From Flaccisagitta enflata (Eukaryota), in the NCBI GenBank assembly GCA_965153355.1, contig OZ231126.1, positions 33,170,001 to 33,234,000 of the forward strand: 64,000 bases of DNA. Direction: 5' to 3'. Positions 1 to 14,323 of the stretch are shown here, one piece after another. Each line of letters begins with the position of its first letter. The stretch's first letter is position 1. The position numbers and the translations under genes are program-made. Under the pieces are notes generated by a model. It made no database searches. It worked only from the letters and a program-made list of their open reading frames with translations, and was not told where the DNA came from.

Positions 1-264
<264 letters not shown>

Positions 265-653
265 TCCACAAATATGCGAGAAGAGATCTATAAACGGATG
301 TTGAATGGACTCAGCGGCGTCGTTCATCAACTAACTGTCATGGAAGTGTTTCTTTGTGAGTTCTTCCCACGACCATGTACAAGAGGTCGACTTTTATTGT
401 TGCGTTTGCCATAACGGACAGCAAACCATGCGAGGCCGGGCACGTCTATTCAAGTCAATTTGCGAGTGCGTATCGTACACTCAGCTCATGAATAAAATCC
501 CCTTTTTGTTGCATGCGACCAGAAACAAGGCAAAAACAACAACTGGAACGATTACGTGCATATTTGTCTAACAAGGAGAAAATGAACAATTAGAAAATAG
601 GAATAGTTTTCGGATGTTCTTTTTTAAGTTTTACCGAATTTATTGGACATCTT

Positions 654-935
<282 letters not shown>

Positions 936-1069
936 TGACGAATTGTAGGGCATTTCTTGGAAATGATTACTTGCGTGGGAAGGTTTTCAATTACCTCTAC
1001 CTTCAAAAAGTACTAATTTTGAATCCCGTCGTGTTGTGTAATTTGATAGTTTGAATCTTCCGCGCGATT

Positions 1070-1300
1070 TGCCTTTTTGTAAGCGCTTCGTACGTCATTC
1101 TAAGTTTCCGCTCTTTTAACCTATCACGCTACATGAATGAATTAAAGCGTAACTAGCGCTAGTAGTAACTCTAGTAGATCTACCTCTTTGTGCATTTTAC
1201 ACGCGCTTACGTCAGCATGATTGACGTAAAACGTTTCTCGTGGGCCGCGCTGATTTCGCGTCGTAGAATGGGTTGAAACTCAATAGTTTACTCACGGCTC
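1070..1300. promoter_or_regulatory. Candidate CpG-rich promoter with paired CRE/bZIP-type sites
   Basis: Locally CpG-rich non-repeat DNA; TTACGTCA (1207-1214) and TGACGTAA (1222-1229) form an inverted pair 7 bp apart. Function is inferred. Confidence 0.3.
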
Positions 1301-1814
1301 ATGGGAAGTGTTTTGTTGATTTTTTTTTTTTGCAGAACAGTTTTAATGACGAATACGATCTAGAAAGTGTATGAAGTGTGAGAACGCGTATTTAAGTTAC
1401 TGTCATTGTTTGTGTGTGTGAGTGGGGGTGTGTGGAACCAACCGTCGATACTATCTAGGAAATAGATATACGGACACCTAACCATCATTATAGCAGCTAA
1501 ACTACAACAACCAATTAAAAAATGAAACAAGATCAACAAACTATGACAAAATATCTTCCATTCAAGACCAAGTGGAGGTCAGTAGCTCAAGCCGTTTTCA
1601 TTTGACAGTGTTTTGAAGAGAAACTGTCATTTTATCAAGATCATATTTTGATGTTTTCTGTTCAAATCTACAAAGGACAACGTATTTTGAAAGAGCTCTC
1701 AAATCTAAATGGATTGACCAAAATCATTTCGCTTGGCCTCGTTAGATCACACAAATTTTTTGTCTGTCGAAAAAGTTGAAGTCTGCAGTTAAACATATTG
1801 CCCTCAAATTATCT

Positions 1815-2247
1815 AATATGTTCTTTTAATTTGTCATCAATAAATAGACAGAAACGTACAAATCAACGCACAACTATAAACTACTAAAAAGAGGAAAACA
1901 ACACAAATTTACTATTCCTGTTCACGTTCACGTTCTCGTTCAATTTTCACGTTTTGAGCAATATGAGAGATGACAGGATTCCTATGAGTCAGGAGAGCAG
2001 CCTCAAATTTGTTTTTTGAAGCATGAAAAATGTCAACCAAGAATTTGTATCCAAACGACTCTCGTAGAGACCTTACACTCTCCCATCGATTAAAGCCAAA
2101 AAGCAAACGAAGCGCATCATTTATGGCAGTGGTACAGACTTGCATTTGACGAGATGGATATTCTTTAACGGCGGATGCATAGGAGAGGATTGGTACACAG
2201 CATGTGTAAACGAGATGCACCATGACCTCCTCACTTGGCTTATTCAA
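1815..2247 (-). mobile_element. 5'-truncated non-LTR retrotransposon remnant (CR1 group; L2/Crack/Daphne-like): ORF2 C-terminus plus 3' UTR
   Basis: ORF 1912-2247 (HLVYTCCVPILSYA...AINDALRLLFGFNRWESVRSLRESFGYK) resembles the post-RT C-terminal region of CR1-group LINEs; short T-rich 3' UTR follows. The 3' boundary is approximate. Confidence 0.75.
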
Positions 2248-2835
2248 GTGAGGAGGTCATGGCGCAATAATATCAAAACAAAACCAAATCGATTAAATGA
2301 GTTTCTGGTGCTTGTTGAGATACACTGATTTAGGTTGAAAAATCATAAACCAATCCCATAGAAACTCAAAACAGAAGCAGTTTATAGATCAAAATACCAT
2401 AAAATGACTAGAAATTGATTCATTTGAACATACATTTCATTCAGTGAGTGATAAGACTTTTCTCCAGCTGTCCGTATATTTATTTCCTAGATAGTATTGT
2501 AACCCCGCTTTGCTTGATGACTCATTTTTTAATTTCACTCAACTCTATATGAGATTTTTCCTGCCTTTCCGTGACGCTCAAGTTGAAAAGTGTGAAAACG
2601 AGGGGGGTACGCCACTGCCCACCAGTTTGCTCACTTATTCTCTTCTTCTTCCCACTTCCAAGACCTTCCAACAAAATCCTTCATCATTTGTCAAGTGATG
2701 CTCGTGGCTGCCACACAATCAGGAGATTTGAGGAGCAGCCAAGCAATTGATGATTGAAACAAACAGAGGGTATTACACACCCCCATGCTGCTAAGATTCG
2801 ACGCTGAACCCTAGTTCATTTCTCTCTCATTCCCT

Positions 2836-2856
2836 CTCTGTCTGTCTGTCTGCCTC

Positions 2857-2920
<64 letters not shown>

Positions 2921-2947
2921 GCTTTCTCTGTCTGTTTCTCTCTGTCT

Positions 2948-3041
<94 letters not shown>
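2836..3041. repeat. (TCTG)n/(TC)n compound microsatellite
   Basis: Seen directly. Confidence 0.97.
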
Positions 3042-3238
3042 TTTGCTCTTTTTTTCAAATTCTATGTTTACTTTCCTCGACGCTTTTCCGCTTGATCGGT
3101 TTTCCAGTTCAACTGCAGTCTAGACTTCCTTTAGGTCTCCTCTTTTTTCCTTCTCTCCACATCAAATTGCGAGTTTATAGGCTTTTATCATTTCAAAATC
3201 CTCTTTTCTACGTGGATCTCCTTTGGGTAAGTGGCAAG

Positions 3239-3525
3239 CCTAGATGGTAACTCCTGGGTGGTAACGCCTGGATGATAACGTCTAAATGGTAGGGCCTGAT
3301 TGGTAACTCCTGGATGGTAAGGCCTGGATGATAACGTCTGAATGGTAACACCTGAATGGTGATGCCTGGATGATAATATGTACCTGGATGGCAGCGTCTG
3401 GATGTTAACGCCTGGATGGTAACGCCTTGATGGTAACTCCTGGATGGTAACACCTGAATGGTAACGCCTAGATGAAATTACCTAGACGATAACGCCTGTA
3501 TAGTAACGCCTGGATAGTAACGCCA
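3239..3525. repeat. 14-bp minisatellite (consensus about CCTGGATGGTAACG), about 20 diverged copies
   Basis: Units cctagatggtaact / cctgggtggtaacg / cctggatgataacg and so on. Confidence 0.93.
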
Positions 3526-3604
3526 TACCATGTTCAAGATGACAGTTTTTTTTTGACATATAGTTTACGAACTAGAGCAAAAGACGTACTTCTAAATTTG
3601 ATAA

Positions 3605-3851
3605 AAACAAGGCCGGATACATGGCCAATAAGTAGTCGCTTGCGGGTGGGCATGTGCAGTATTGCGGGTGCGTAGGGGCACTATGTGACAGTGCCGGGCT
3701 GTAAGGTTGCTGGGCAGGGGCAGTAATGCAAAGAAATCACTTTTTCAGTCGATTTCGCGTCATCCAAAATTTCGCGTTACCAACCAACCTACCCTATCTA
3801 CCCACCTACGGATACTCCCTCTTATAGAGTCGAATAGCAAGCGACTATAAA
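3605..3851 (-). mobile_element. HINE-A (Helentron-associated non-autonomous element) copy
   Basis: aacaaggccggatacatggcc ... agagtcg...gcgactataaa; same ends as the clean copy at 41197-41402. Confidence 0.75.
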
Positions 3852-4680
3852 CCATGTAAAAAGAATCCTTTCATCAGACAAAATGATTTTGAAGACTTTA
3901 TTTTTACAGACATCTTTCTTTCCAGACCATGCCCGGAAGGCAGTTGGGTAGTAAGGGGCTGAGCATAAGAGTTTTCTTGATTTCGGTTGATCTACCTCAT
4001 TGTGACGGTGGTCTGACCCTGTTAGGGTGTTAGGGTGGTTGCACGGTGATCCAAAATGAAAACCTTTGCTCTTCCCTACCACACTTCCATCCTTCCTTCG
4101 ATCTTTTCTTTCATACAAGAATGAATATAAGAATGAAGGAAGGAAGGAAAAAGAAAGGATGTTATTCCTTCTGGCTCCCTCTTTGAGTCATTACTTTCGT
4201 TTCAAATGGTCTCTATGTGTACCCATTTACCCCTACTCCTTTTAGGAACTTATGAAGTTCAGTTTGTGGGATTAACCAAGGAGGAAAAAAGTTGACTGAT
4301 TTTTTTAACAAGCCAAATGAGTATAATAATAATAAGAAAAATGAATATTTTATACTTTTTGGCAACTGGTATTACGTTGGAACAGTCATAAGAGTAAGTA
4401 TGTCTCTTTTTTTTTTACGGAAAAAAACTCAATTTTCATTAAGTAAAGATATATGCGATAAAAAATGCTTTCACGCTTGCAAAAAGGCCTGTTCGCTGCT
4501 GTTCGTCACATAACTTATAGTTTCGACAACGCTGATTTCAAATCTACTTTCAGATTTGATTTAAATTCATCCTGAGTAACGCTATAGTCATTGGAAGACG
4601 CAGTCTCCTTTGTTAAGACTTAAAAAAACACTAGCCTAGTAGGAACTTTTGCACGGCAGTTGTTGGAGTGATAAGTAGAG

Positions 4681-4876
4681 AAACAAGGCCGGATACATGT
4701 CTAGCGAAGTCGCATGTGGGTGGGCAGGGGCTGTATTTGAGGTCACTAGACTATTTGGGCAGGAGCAGTGAGATTGAAGAAATAAAATCATAACAAAAGT
4801 AAAATGTGACCGACCAACCGACCAACGGATGGATGGACAAAGCGACTTGTAGAGTTGCATGCACGCGACTAAAAAA
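4681..4876 (-). mobile_element. HINE-A copy
   Basis: aacaaggccggatac...agtcgcatgtgggtgggcaggggc...(GACC/GACG)n...gcacgcgactaaaaaa. Confidence 0.8.
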
Positions 4877-5786
4877 ATGACTGTTTTTTTTTAAACCAGC
4901 AAAGTGAATATGAATATATGATTAAAGAATGATAAATCAATCATTTTGCTTGTCTGGTATTACATAGAAAGGGCCCTTTGAGTCAGACAGTCATTTTTTA
5001 GTGAAGGAAAATAACTGAGGTTTACATAAATAAGACTTGCTGTGAAATAAGATGCTTTTAAGCTTGTAATTAGGCCTGTACGCTGCTGTACATAAAAGAA
5101 CATATAGTTTCGACCATGCTGATTCTAAATCTTGTTTCATTTTTTTTTCCGATTTCATACGAGGCAATGCGATCATAATAACAAGACAAAGTGCTAAGTT
5201 GCTAACCAAAACAGCATCATGGAACTTGCGCCTAAATCGCAAATTAACAGTACCTTGTTTAGTGTTTACGCTCGTAAATTTTCACCGTTTCCAATTTTAG
5301 ATTTTTAATCGCATGCACGCTATGTTGGTTGGTTGGTTGGTCCATCCGTCGGTTGGTCGGTAACACTATTTTTAATGTGTTTATGGGCGTTTTTCACATT
5401 ACTGCCCCTGCCAAATTGCTTGGTTAGCCTTTTTAGTCGTGTGCACGCGACTATGAACCACTCTTTCTGTTGGTCTAACTTTTTCTGCTGTTTGATGTCA
5501 TTTTTAGTCATTTTATGTCATTTAAAGTTATTTTAAGTCATTACATTTTGTCTCTTGGTCTTTTTGTCTTTTAGTCTTATTGTCTTTTGTCAAATGGATA
5601 TTCCATGAATTTTACTCACTGGATGATCTCAGAAATTTATTTACAGATTGTGCCATTCAATGCAATGGCGCTTTTTTTTTTACAAAATTGTTTGAATAGA
5701 CAATTGCTTTACATTTTTGTTCAATTTTATTTTTTTTTCTTGGACTCTATAATGACTGTGCTCGTCTGTCTGTCAGTCGTCCATCC

Positions 5787-6010
5787 ATTTTTAGTTGCAG
5801 ACACGCAACTCTATAACAGGCTTTGTCTGTCCATTGATCTGTCGGTCCGTCCATCTGTCCATAACGCAGGAGTCGAAAAGTGGAAAAACGAGCATTTTAG
5901 GTGTTTTTTTGGTTATGTGTGTTGGTGATGGGGGCATGGGGTGTGGATGGGGATTGGATGCCCTTGCCCACCCATCCGCAACAATATTGTGACCCCGCGT
6001 CACTTGTTTC
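5787..6010 (+). mobile_element. HINE-A variant copy
   Basis: tttttagttgcagacacgcaact...(GTCC)n...ccgcaac, then hairpin gtgaccccgcgtcac and ttgttt. Confidence 0.75.
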
Positions 6011-6024
6011 ATTGATTTCAGAGG

Positions 6025-6154
<130 letters not shown>

Positions 6155-6539
6155 TTGACAGACAGAGAGAGAAAGAGAGAAAGAGAGCTGCTGATAAGAC
6201 AACACCCCACCGCTTGCCCCTTCCCACACCCCTTGACGTTGCCATAATTCCACATTGTTTTAAAAGTTACAATCACTTTGCAGTTTTGAGAATGGTTACC
6301 GGATCGTCATCCCTTTCACTATTGTGGTGATATACAGCTTAAGTGAGTCTTTGTGGTAAAGTATTAGGTTGGTGATGTGATTAGTTCATTCTGGATGGAT
6401 ACCCTCATGTTCCAAGTCGAATTTTCATTGCTAGACGGTTTCATTTGGTTAGAAAGTTATGTCCAAACAAGTGACAGACTCGTGAGAACGGCGACGAAGG
6501 CAATATAGCGCGAAATATGTTAGAAAAATAGTTTAAATA

Positions 6540-7102
6540 CAGTAGATCTTGTCTTGACTTGAGATAACGGGGGCAAGCACTATGGAAGAACAAATGAAAC
6601 TAGAGGGCTGATATTTGGAATATAAACTAATAAAGGAATAATTTATTCCCCATGATACTTGGTTGCCATGGAAACGCATTTCCATGTATTTATGCTAAAA
6701 TATCAATATTTTGAGAAATTTTTTGAGGGAACATTGCTTAAAATTAAATTTGCCAAAACTTTCCCACAGTATGTTCTGTATGAATATCGCTCGTTTGGCC
6801 GTTGCTAGGGAGCGTATCCATGTGTGACAACCCCTAGCAACCGCTAAATGAGCGACATTCTTACAGAACATACTGTGGGAAAGTTGTAGCAAATTTGATT
6901 TTAAGCAATGTTCCCTCAAAAAATTTCTCAAAATATTGATACTTTTGCGTAAATACATGGAAATGCGTTTCCATGGCAACCAACTATCATGGGCAATAAA
7001 GCATCATTTAATTAGTCTATGTTCTAAATATCAATCTCCTGGCTTCATTTGTTAATCTATAATGCTTTCCCCCGTTATCTCAAGTCTAGACGAGATCTAC
7101 TG
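6540..7102. mobile_element. Fold-back MITE, CAGTAGAT family (Tc1/mariner-type TA TSD), intact un-nested copy
   Basis: TA at 6538-6539 and 7103-7104; ends cagtagatcttgtcttgacttgagataacggg / cccgttatctcaagtctagacgagatctactg; the whole element is an imperfect palindrome centred near 6820. Confidence 0.92.
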
Positions 7103-7512
7103 TATGCATTATCGGGTATCAATCGAAAGCCCTTGATATTCTGCATCGATTGATACCAATGATTGGGGTTTTGGGAAAAATTTTTTTTTCTCGTCATACT
7201 TCCCTACTCCTTTAGTTTCCTTACCAGAATTTCCTCCAGAGAAAAACGTCTTTGAACAAAAGAGAGGGTGATTTAAAAAACAATTCCGCTCTCGTGGGCC
7301 AAACCGAGAGGCAAAAGAGAGTAGACCGGCGAGAAAAACCAACGAGAAAACCGGCAAGAAAACCGGCGAGAAAACCGGCAAGCCCACTATTTTTACTGAC
7401 AAAATTGAACCCGAATGGCTTTTAGAATTTCACCACAATTTTCATAAAATGGCAAAGGACAAAAGTCAAAGAGACGCAGAAGAAAATGCAGAGTTGGGAC
7501 CGAACAAAACAC

Positions 7513-7684
<172 letters not shown>

Positions 7685-9181
7685 AGTCTGAGTAAGTGAG
7701 GGGGTGAGGGTGACAGGTCGCACGCGCTTGCTATGAGATGGTTAAACTGCAACCAACGCAGTAGGCGTAACTCGAGGGTTGAAACGTGAAACATGAAAGG
7801 GGATGAGGGACTGAAAGGGTGAAGGATGTGGATTGGAGACAAAGTTAGGCGGAATACTCGATCGTGGTTATAAATGTTTTTTATCAAAAACCAATAGTTT
7901 AGTTTTCTGATGGCAACAGCAATAAGAAATCTGGACGTTAGAATTCTTGTCGCCCGATTTTGATATTTAAAATCTTTTCTTCAATCTTCGAAATTTACAA
8001 ATGAACTATATCTATGACTTCAAACTGGCCATAGCGGGGTCACTAAATACAATATTCCTGACACAGCTGACCACTAGATGGATCGAATATTCATGCGTTT
8101 GACGCTAAAAAGTATGCTGAGTTCACGTGACTGGCAATTTTCACCAAGGCTTAATTCTAGAAACAACCTAAATTTTCTGTGAAAAAAAACGCGCGTCGAC
8201 GCGAAAAGAACCACAGACAGTGAATATGATCACGTCTATGGAAAAGCAACTCCGGGTGGGTACCCTCAATGAGACTTTTTTCAAATTTCAACGTTGAACT
8301 GGATAGAAATTTGAACATTTACTGAATAATCATACACTTTTCATATTTCAATTTCAAAAGCTAGTTGTATAAAAAGTATTTGGACTATCGTTAAGATCTT
8401 CATAGTCCAATATTGATGGTCAAGACCAACGGATAGTACAAGCGTAGCTGCGAGTGAGGGCGAAGGGGAGGGGTGGAAAGTCATAAGAGAGGGCGGGGAC
8501 AAAAAAAGGAAAGGGGAAAAGAAATAAAGCCGCGAAGTCGGTCAAGAGGCAGACGAACAAATGAGAAGGAAAGAAAACAAAACTACTTTCCTATTTCTAC
8601 GCGTCTCTCCGTCTGTGTGTATCTGTCTCTGTTTGCCTTTCTCCGTGCCTATTTCTGTTCGTCTTTGTCCCCGTCTTTCTTTCTGCCTCTTTCTTTCTCC
8701 ATGTTTCTTTCTTTCTTTCTCTCCGGCATTCTAGTGCACGCAGCAAAGTGAGGAAAGAGAATCAACAAGAAGTGAGTCGGAAGCAGCGGAAGAGAACCGG
8801 AAACCGCGTGTCGCCCGTTTAGCCAAATCGGACGCCAGCTCCACTGCCACTGCCACCTCCACCAATGGTATGATTGACGGCGGCCACCATGGCCACCGTT
8901 AGTACTACCGCCACCATCACGGCACTGCCACCAGAACAATTCCCAGCTTTGTCGCCATCGCACCGTGCAAGCTATCCACCCTCACCTCAGCTACAGTACT
9001 GTAGGACTTAGCACGCTTAACCAAACACTGACCACCTCTCCCACCTAAATCACACGCAACCGTGGCCAGCACATCCTCTCCCACCCTCTCTTACACCACT
9101 ACCGCCGCCGAGGAGAAGGCAAAAAGAGAGGGAACTAAGGAATTTCTGCTGCGTGAGCAAATTATCAATTCTGAAAGAGGC

Positions 9182-9284
<103 letters not shown>

Positions 9285-9796
9285 GATTGGGCTTGATGAT
9301 TGGAAAAAGGAGAGAAAAGGGTAAAGGACAGGGACCTCTGCTTGAGGGCAGTCCTGGGATATAGCCCTGAATGTAATACCTTTTCTTTGTAAAATGAGCA
9401 AGTACCCTCAAAAATGAGTGTATACGTGTTCAGAAATGAGATAACCTGTAGTGAAGATGGGCGTGCTTATATCAATGATAAACGTGCTTAATCGTCAAAT
9501 CGTCTCAGAGGAAAGCTAAGGAATGTTTCTCTACTCTTTGACAGTTTAATTTTTTCGAATTTGCAAAAGATCTTTATCATAGTGAATTGCACCAACAATT
9601 TTTTTTCTTCTTTTCTTTCCTTCTAAGGTTTTGTTCTTCTACTGTCTTTACCTCATGCAGGCTTTTGAGTCTTTGCCATTCCTCCCTTTTACTGTTTTTT
9701 TTTCTTTGCTGTCTTTGCATCATATGAGGTATTTCGTCTCTTTCCCCTGAACTGGGTTTTGTTCCTCTGTCGTTTTTCCCTCTTTTTTTTTGCTCC

Positions 9797-10591
9797 TTTT
9801 TGGGCAGCGGCCCCGGAGGGGTCGATGACCTATGGTTCCACACAGGGCAATTTTTCCGATCTAATGTCAGTGTCCACCCCCCCCCCAAAGCCCTAAATCA
9901 GGCCTCTGAGACCTCAGAGCAGGCCTCTGAGACCTCAATTCAGGCCTCTCAGACCCCAAATCAGGCCTCTCAGACCTCAAAGCAGGCCTCTCAGACCCTA
10001 AATCAGGCCTCTCAGACCTCTTATCAGGCCTCTTAGGCCCCAACTCAGGCCTCCAGACCTCTTATCATGCCTCTCAGACCCCAAATCGGGCCTCACAGAC
10101 CCCAAATCAGGCCTCCTAAACCCAAATCAGGCCTCTCAGACCTCTTATCAGGCTTCTTAGGCCCCAACTCAGGCCTCCGAACCTCTTTTCAGGCCTTTCA
10201 GACCCCAAATCAGGCCTCTCAGACCACAAATCTGGCCTCTCAAACTACAAATCAGGCATCTGGGATCCCTAATCAGGCCTCTCAGACCCCAAATCAGGCC
10301 TCTCAGACCTCTTTTCAGGCTTCTTAGGCCTTACCCCAGGCCTCCCAGACCTCTTATCAGGCCTCTCAGACCCTATATCAGGCCTCTCACACCCCAGATC
10401 AGACCTTATGGACCCCAGATTAGACTTCTCAGACCCAAGATCATGCCTTCCAAAACAAAATTGCCCTGTGTGGAATCATAGGTCATTGACCCCTCCGGGG
10501 CCGCTGCCCCATTACCTCATCACTTCAATACTAAATGATATCAATGGGGCATCGGGAACCGCTGACCATAATGACGCTTGAGCGGCCTGTT
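9797..10591 (+). mobile_element. HINE-B: Helentron-type element with long sub-terminal inverted repeats and a central 21-bp tandem array
   Basis: Begins in a T-run, gggcagcggccccggaggggtcgatgacctatggttccacacagggcaatttt; inverted copy at about 10457-10510; about 25 units of aaatcaggcctctcagacccc; unpaired ~80-bp tail ending in hairpin cgcttgagcg plus ctgtt; no TSD. Confidence 0.8.
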
Positions 10592-11189
10592 CTTCATAAT
10601 TCATTTTAACTGAACCTGGTATATTTAACTAGAGCAATTCACATCTTTTTGACGACAGCCACTGGTTCCAATTCCAGTAGATATATACATCAAGAAATTT
10701 CTGGCCTTCTACCGAAACATCAAATTCCACCGAGATAGTATCATTGGTCTCTGCATCTCAGATACTAGACTTAATAACAAGCCAGCGTACCAGGCTTTGC
10801 AAAAACCCCTAAAAAATGATTGTGCCTGAAAAATTATGGGAAGGTTGAAAATATAGAATCATCTGCTCCCGCGAAAGTTTAACTGGCCTAGCCCAGGGCT
10901 TTCGTCAGAGAGCTAGAGCATGCCAATCATTAATGGCCTAATATAGTCACACGCACGATGGAATTAAATACAGACGGAGGGCACGCTAACAATAGCCTCA
11001 TAGGGTTTGTACGAGATACGGAAGTGTTGAGACTAACGTAGTGGTGAAGAGTGACTGCGATGACTGAAAAATCAAATGAAGAGGCAAACAGGAAGTGAAA
11101 AACAGCGACTAAGAAGCCAAACAACAGTCAACAAAAGCACAAGAGGGAGCAAGATGAAAACATGATAAAGGAACAACAGACCCGTTAAA

Positions 11190-11762
<573 letters not shown>

Positions 11763-12790
11763 TGACGAAAACAATTTGAAAGCAAAGTAACATGCCAAAG
11801 AAACGCGTTAAAAAAAGAGGCGAAAATCAGTCAAAGATCTTTTTAATCGCGTCGTACGCAACTCTAGTCTCTACAAGTCATTTTGTCCATCGGTCGGTCC
11901 ATCCATCCATTCATCGGCTGGTCCGTTGCTCATTCCATAAGTTCCCATAGTCAAATTTAGGGTTTTGTCTTTTGTTCATTTTCTCTTAATCGTCAGAAAT
12001 TTTGTTTAATAGGTCCGATTCACTCGACGTTAATCCGATGAACTTGTTTTCATGCGCTTAGATGTTGTAAAAGATATGATCCTTTAAAACTTGTACGGTC
12101 AGGTCGGAGAAGCAAGCAAACAAGTAAAAGAGGGGCGGCTAACTATGCCAATCCTGCTAACCCAAATAACCATACGTAACTGCACACCTTCGAGGTGATT
12201 GCACAAAAGGAGGAGAAATGAAGGAAACATTTCGATTGCAGCACTTCAAAGCGATCGCTCTAAAAAACAGGCAAGCAATAAAATTCGGGGTGAACGTATG
12301 AACATGACCAGTTGTAACGCTGACACAAAGTTGCCCAGAAGAAAATCATATAAAAACAAGGCCGTATACACGGCTACCGAAGTCGCGTGCGGGTGGGCAG
12401 GGGCATTGATAAAAAAGGCTATCCAAGCATTTGGGCAGAAGCGGTAATCCTAAAAACGGACCGACGGACCGACGGACGGAGCGGGTTCAAAAAGAAGCGA
12501 TCAAAAAGAAGTGGATGAACGTGGCTAACATCGAGGCTACGAGTACGAGGCGGTTGCTTAAAAGGGAAGGAAATGAAGGATAAACGCATAACAAACAGTT
12601 CGAGTCCCAAGCTGGTCCCATGAGGGGACGAAGAAAGCCGAGAGAGAGAGAGAGAGAGAGAGACAACGTCGATAAGAAAATCTCTGAGAAGAGGAGAAAA
12701 CGAAGGCGTTAGTCGTGTTGGATGTGGAATCGTCGAACTAAGATGGGGTAAGTCCATGGTAAATACTATGTTAGAGGAAAGGCGGGAAAC

Positions 12791-12882
<92 letters not shown>

Positions 12883-12988
12883 TTTCTTTGAAGATAAAAC
12901 GAGTGAAAGTTTTGAAACAGGCTAGGTAGATACGTATGACTATGAGGAACCGAAAATTCAGCTACTTTGACGTGCGTGATTGCGTGAG

Positions 12989-13349
12989 ACCGACCGACCG
13001 ACCGACCGACTGACCGACCGACCGACCGACCGACCGACCGACCGACCGACCGACCGACCGACCGACCGACCGACCGACCGACCGACCGACCGACCGACCG
13101 ACCGACCGACCGACCGACCGACCGACCGACCGACCGACCGACCGACCGACCGACCGACCGACCGACCGACCGACCGACCGACCGACCGACCGACCGACCG
13201 ACCGACCGACCGACCGACCGACCGACCGACCGACCGACCGACCGACCGACCGACCGACCGACCGACCGACCGACCGACCGACCGACCGACCGACCGACCG
13301 ACCGACCGACCGACCGACCGACCGACCGACCGACCGACCGACCGACCGA
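12989..13349. repeat. Near-perfect (CCGA)n tetranucleotide array, about 90 units
   Basis: Seen directly; one c>t variant near 13011. Confidence 0.99.
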
Positions 13350-13542
13350 GTGTTCGCATTGAGTTTGAGCGAGTTGAACTGTGAAAGTAGTCAGCCGACA
13401 AAGATGTTGCTTTCCTGTCGAGAGGCGAGAAATTTCCCCTCAAGTTGCCGACAAACTGTCTCTAAATTCAAATGATAGGTTTATAAGGAAACCGTGACGG
13501 TTTTAGAGTTATGGCCAGCATGCGCGCATCGCCAATTAAGAG

Positions 13543-13678
13543 TAGGGATGTGGAAGCGGTCGATTTTAGTGCCGCTTCCACCGCTTCCGCTTCCGCTTCC
13601 GCTTCCATTTTGTAGTACAAATACTAGTAGCTATCCCATTCTCCAAAATGGAAGCGGTCAATCGCTTCCACATCCCTA
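13543..13678. mobile_element. 136-bp hAT-type MITE
   Basis: TIR tagggatgtggaagcg / cgcttccacatcccta; 8-bp TSD attaagag (13535-13542) / atcaagag (13679-13686); internal (CCGCTT)n. Confidence 0.85.
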
Positions 13679-13998
13679 ATCAAGAGTATGTGAATAAACG
13701 TTTTCAATGAATGAATGACTGAATGAATGAACGACTGAATGAAAATGAATGTGGGAAGGCAAAAGAGGGAACAGGCATAAAGAAAGACGCCAAAATTGGC
13801 AGTTTTGCGCGGTTTTAACGTTAGCGGGACGGACAGACTAAGCAACCGACCCACCCACCCACCGGCCAATGGATAGACATGACCTCTTATAGATGTGCGA
13901 GGACATAGTCTTTTTAGGGTGTGCCGTCTGTCCATCGGTTGGTTGGTCTTTAAGTTACGCATCCGGCATACCTTGTGGCCTACTTGGTCATGTTCAAA

Positions 13999-14073
<75 letters not shown>

Positions 14074-14218
14074 AATTCCCTCTCATCTCGGTGTCGTCTT
14101 CCACTTAGTTTCTCTTGTCATCTCAACTAAAACCTGGACCCCTTTGTCGTGAAAACACACTGAAATGAGAAATGAAGTGAGGAAGTGAAAAATGGATTGG
14201 TTGAAAGAAGAAATGAAG

Positions 14219-14323
<105 letters not shown>

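Noticed and set aside
326..446. Minus-strand frame containing WFAVRYGKR (RYamide-like)
   Set aside because: In-frame stop just upstream, weak acceptor, and not in frame with the hydrophobic ORF; likely chance.
4991..5242. Hydrophobic ORF with VLVSNLAL (GPCR TM2-like)
   Set aside because: Lacks the conserved Asp and any other linked TM exons; too short to support.
8770..8830. Clustered CGGAA (ETS-like) motifs, and the YY1-like CGCCATTTT near 15426, as promoters
   Set aside because: Short motifs with no linked gene evidence.
9895..10450. CRISPR-like appearance of the 21-bp and 19-bp arrays
   Set aside because: Head-to-tail units without unique spacers, no cas genes, eukaryotic context.
10640..10830. 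Protein-like short frames on both strands
   Set aside because: Bounded by stops, ambiguous splice sites, no recognisable homology.
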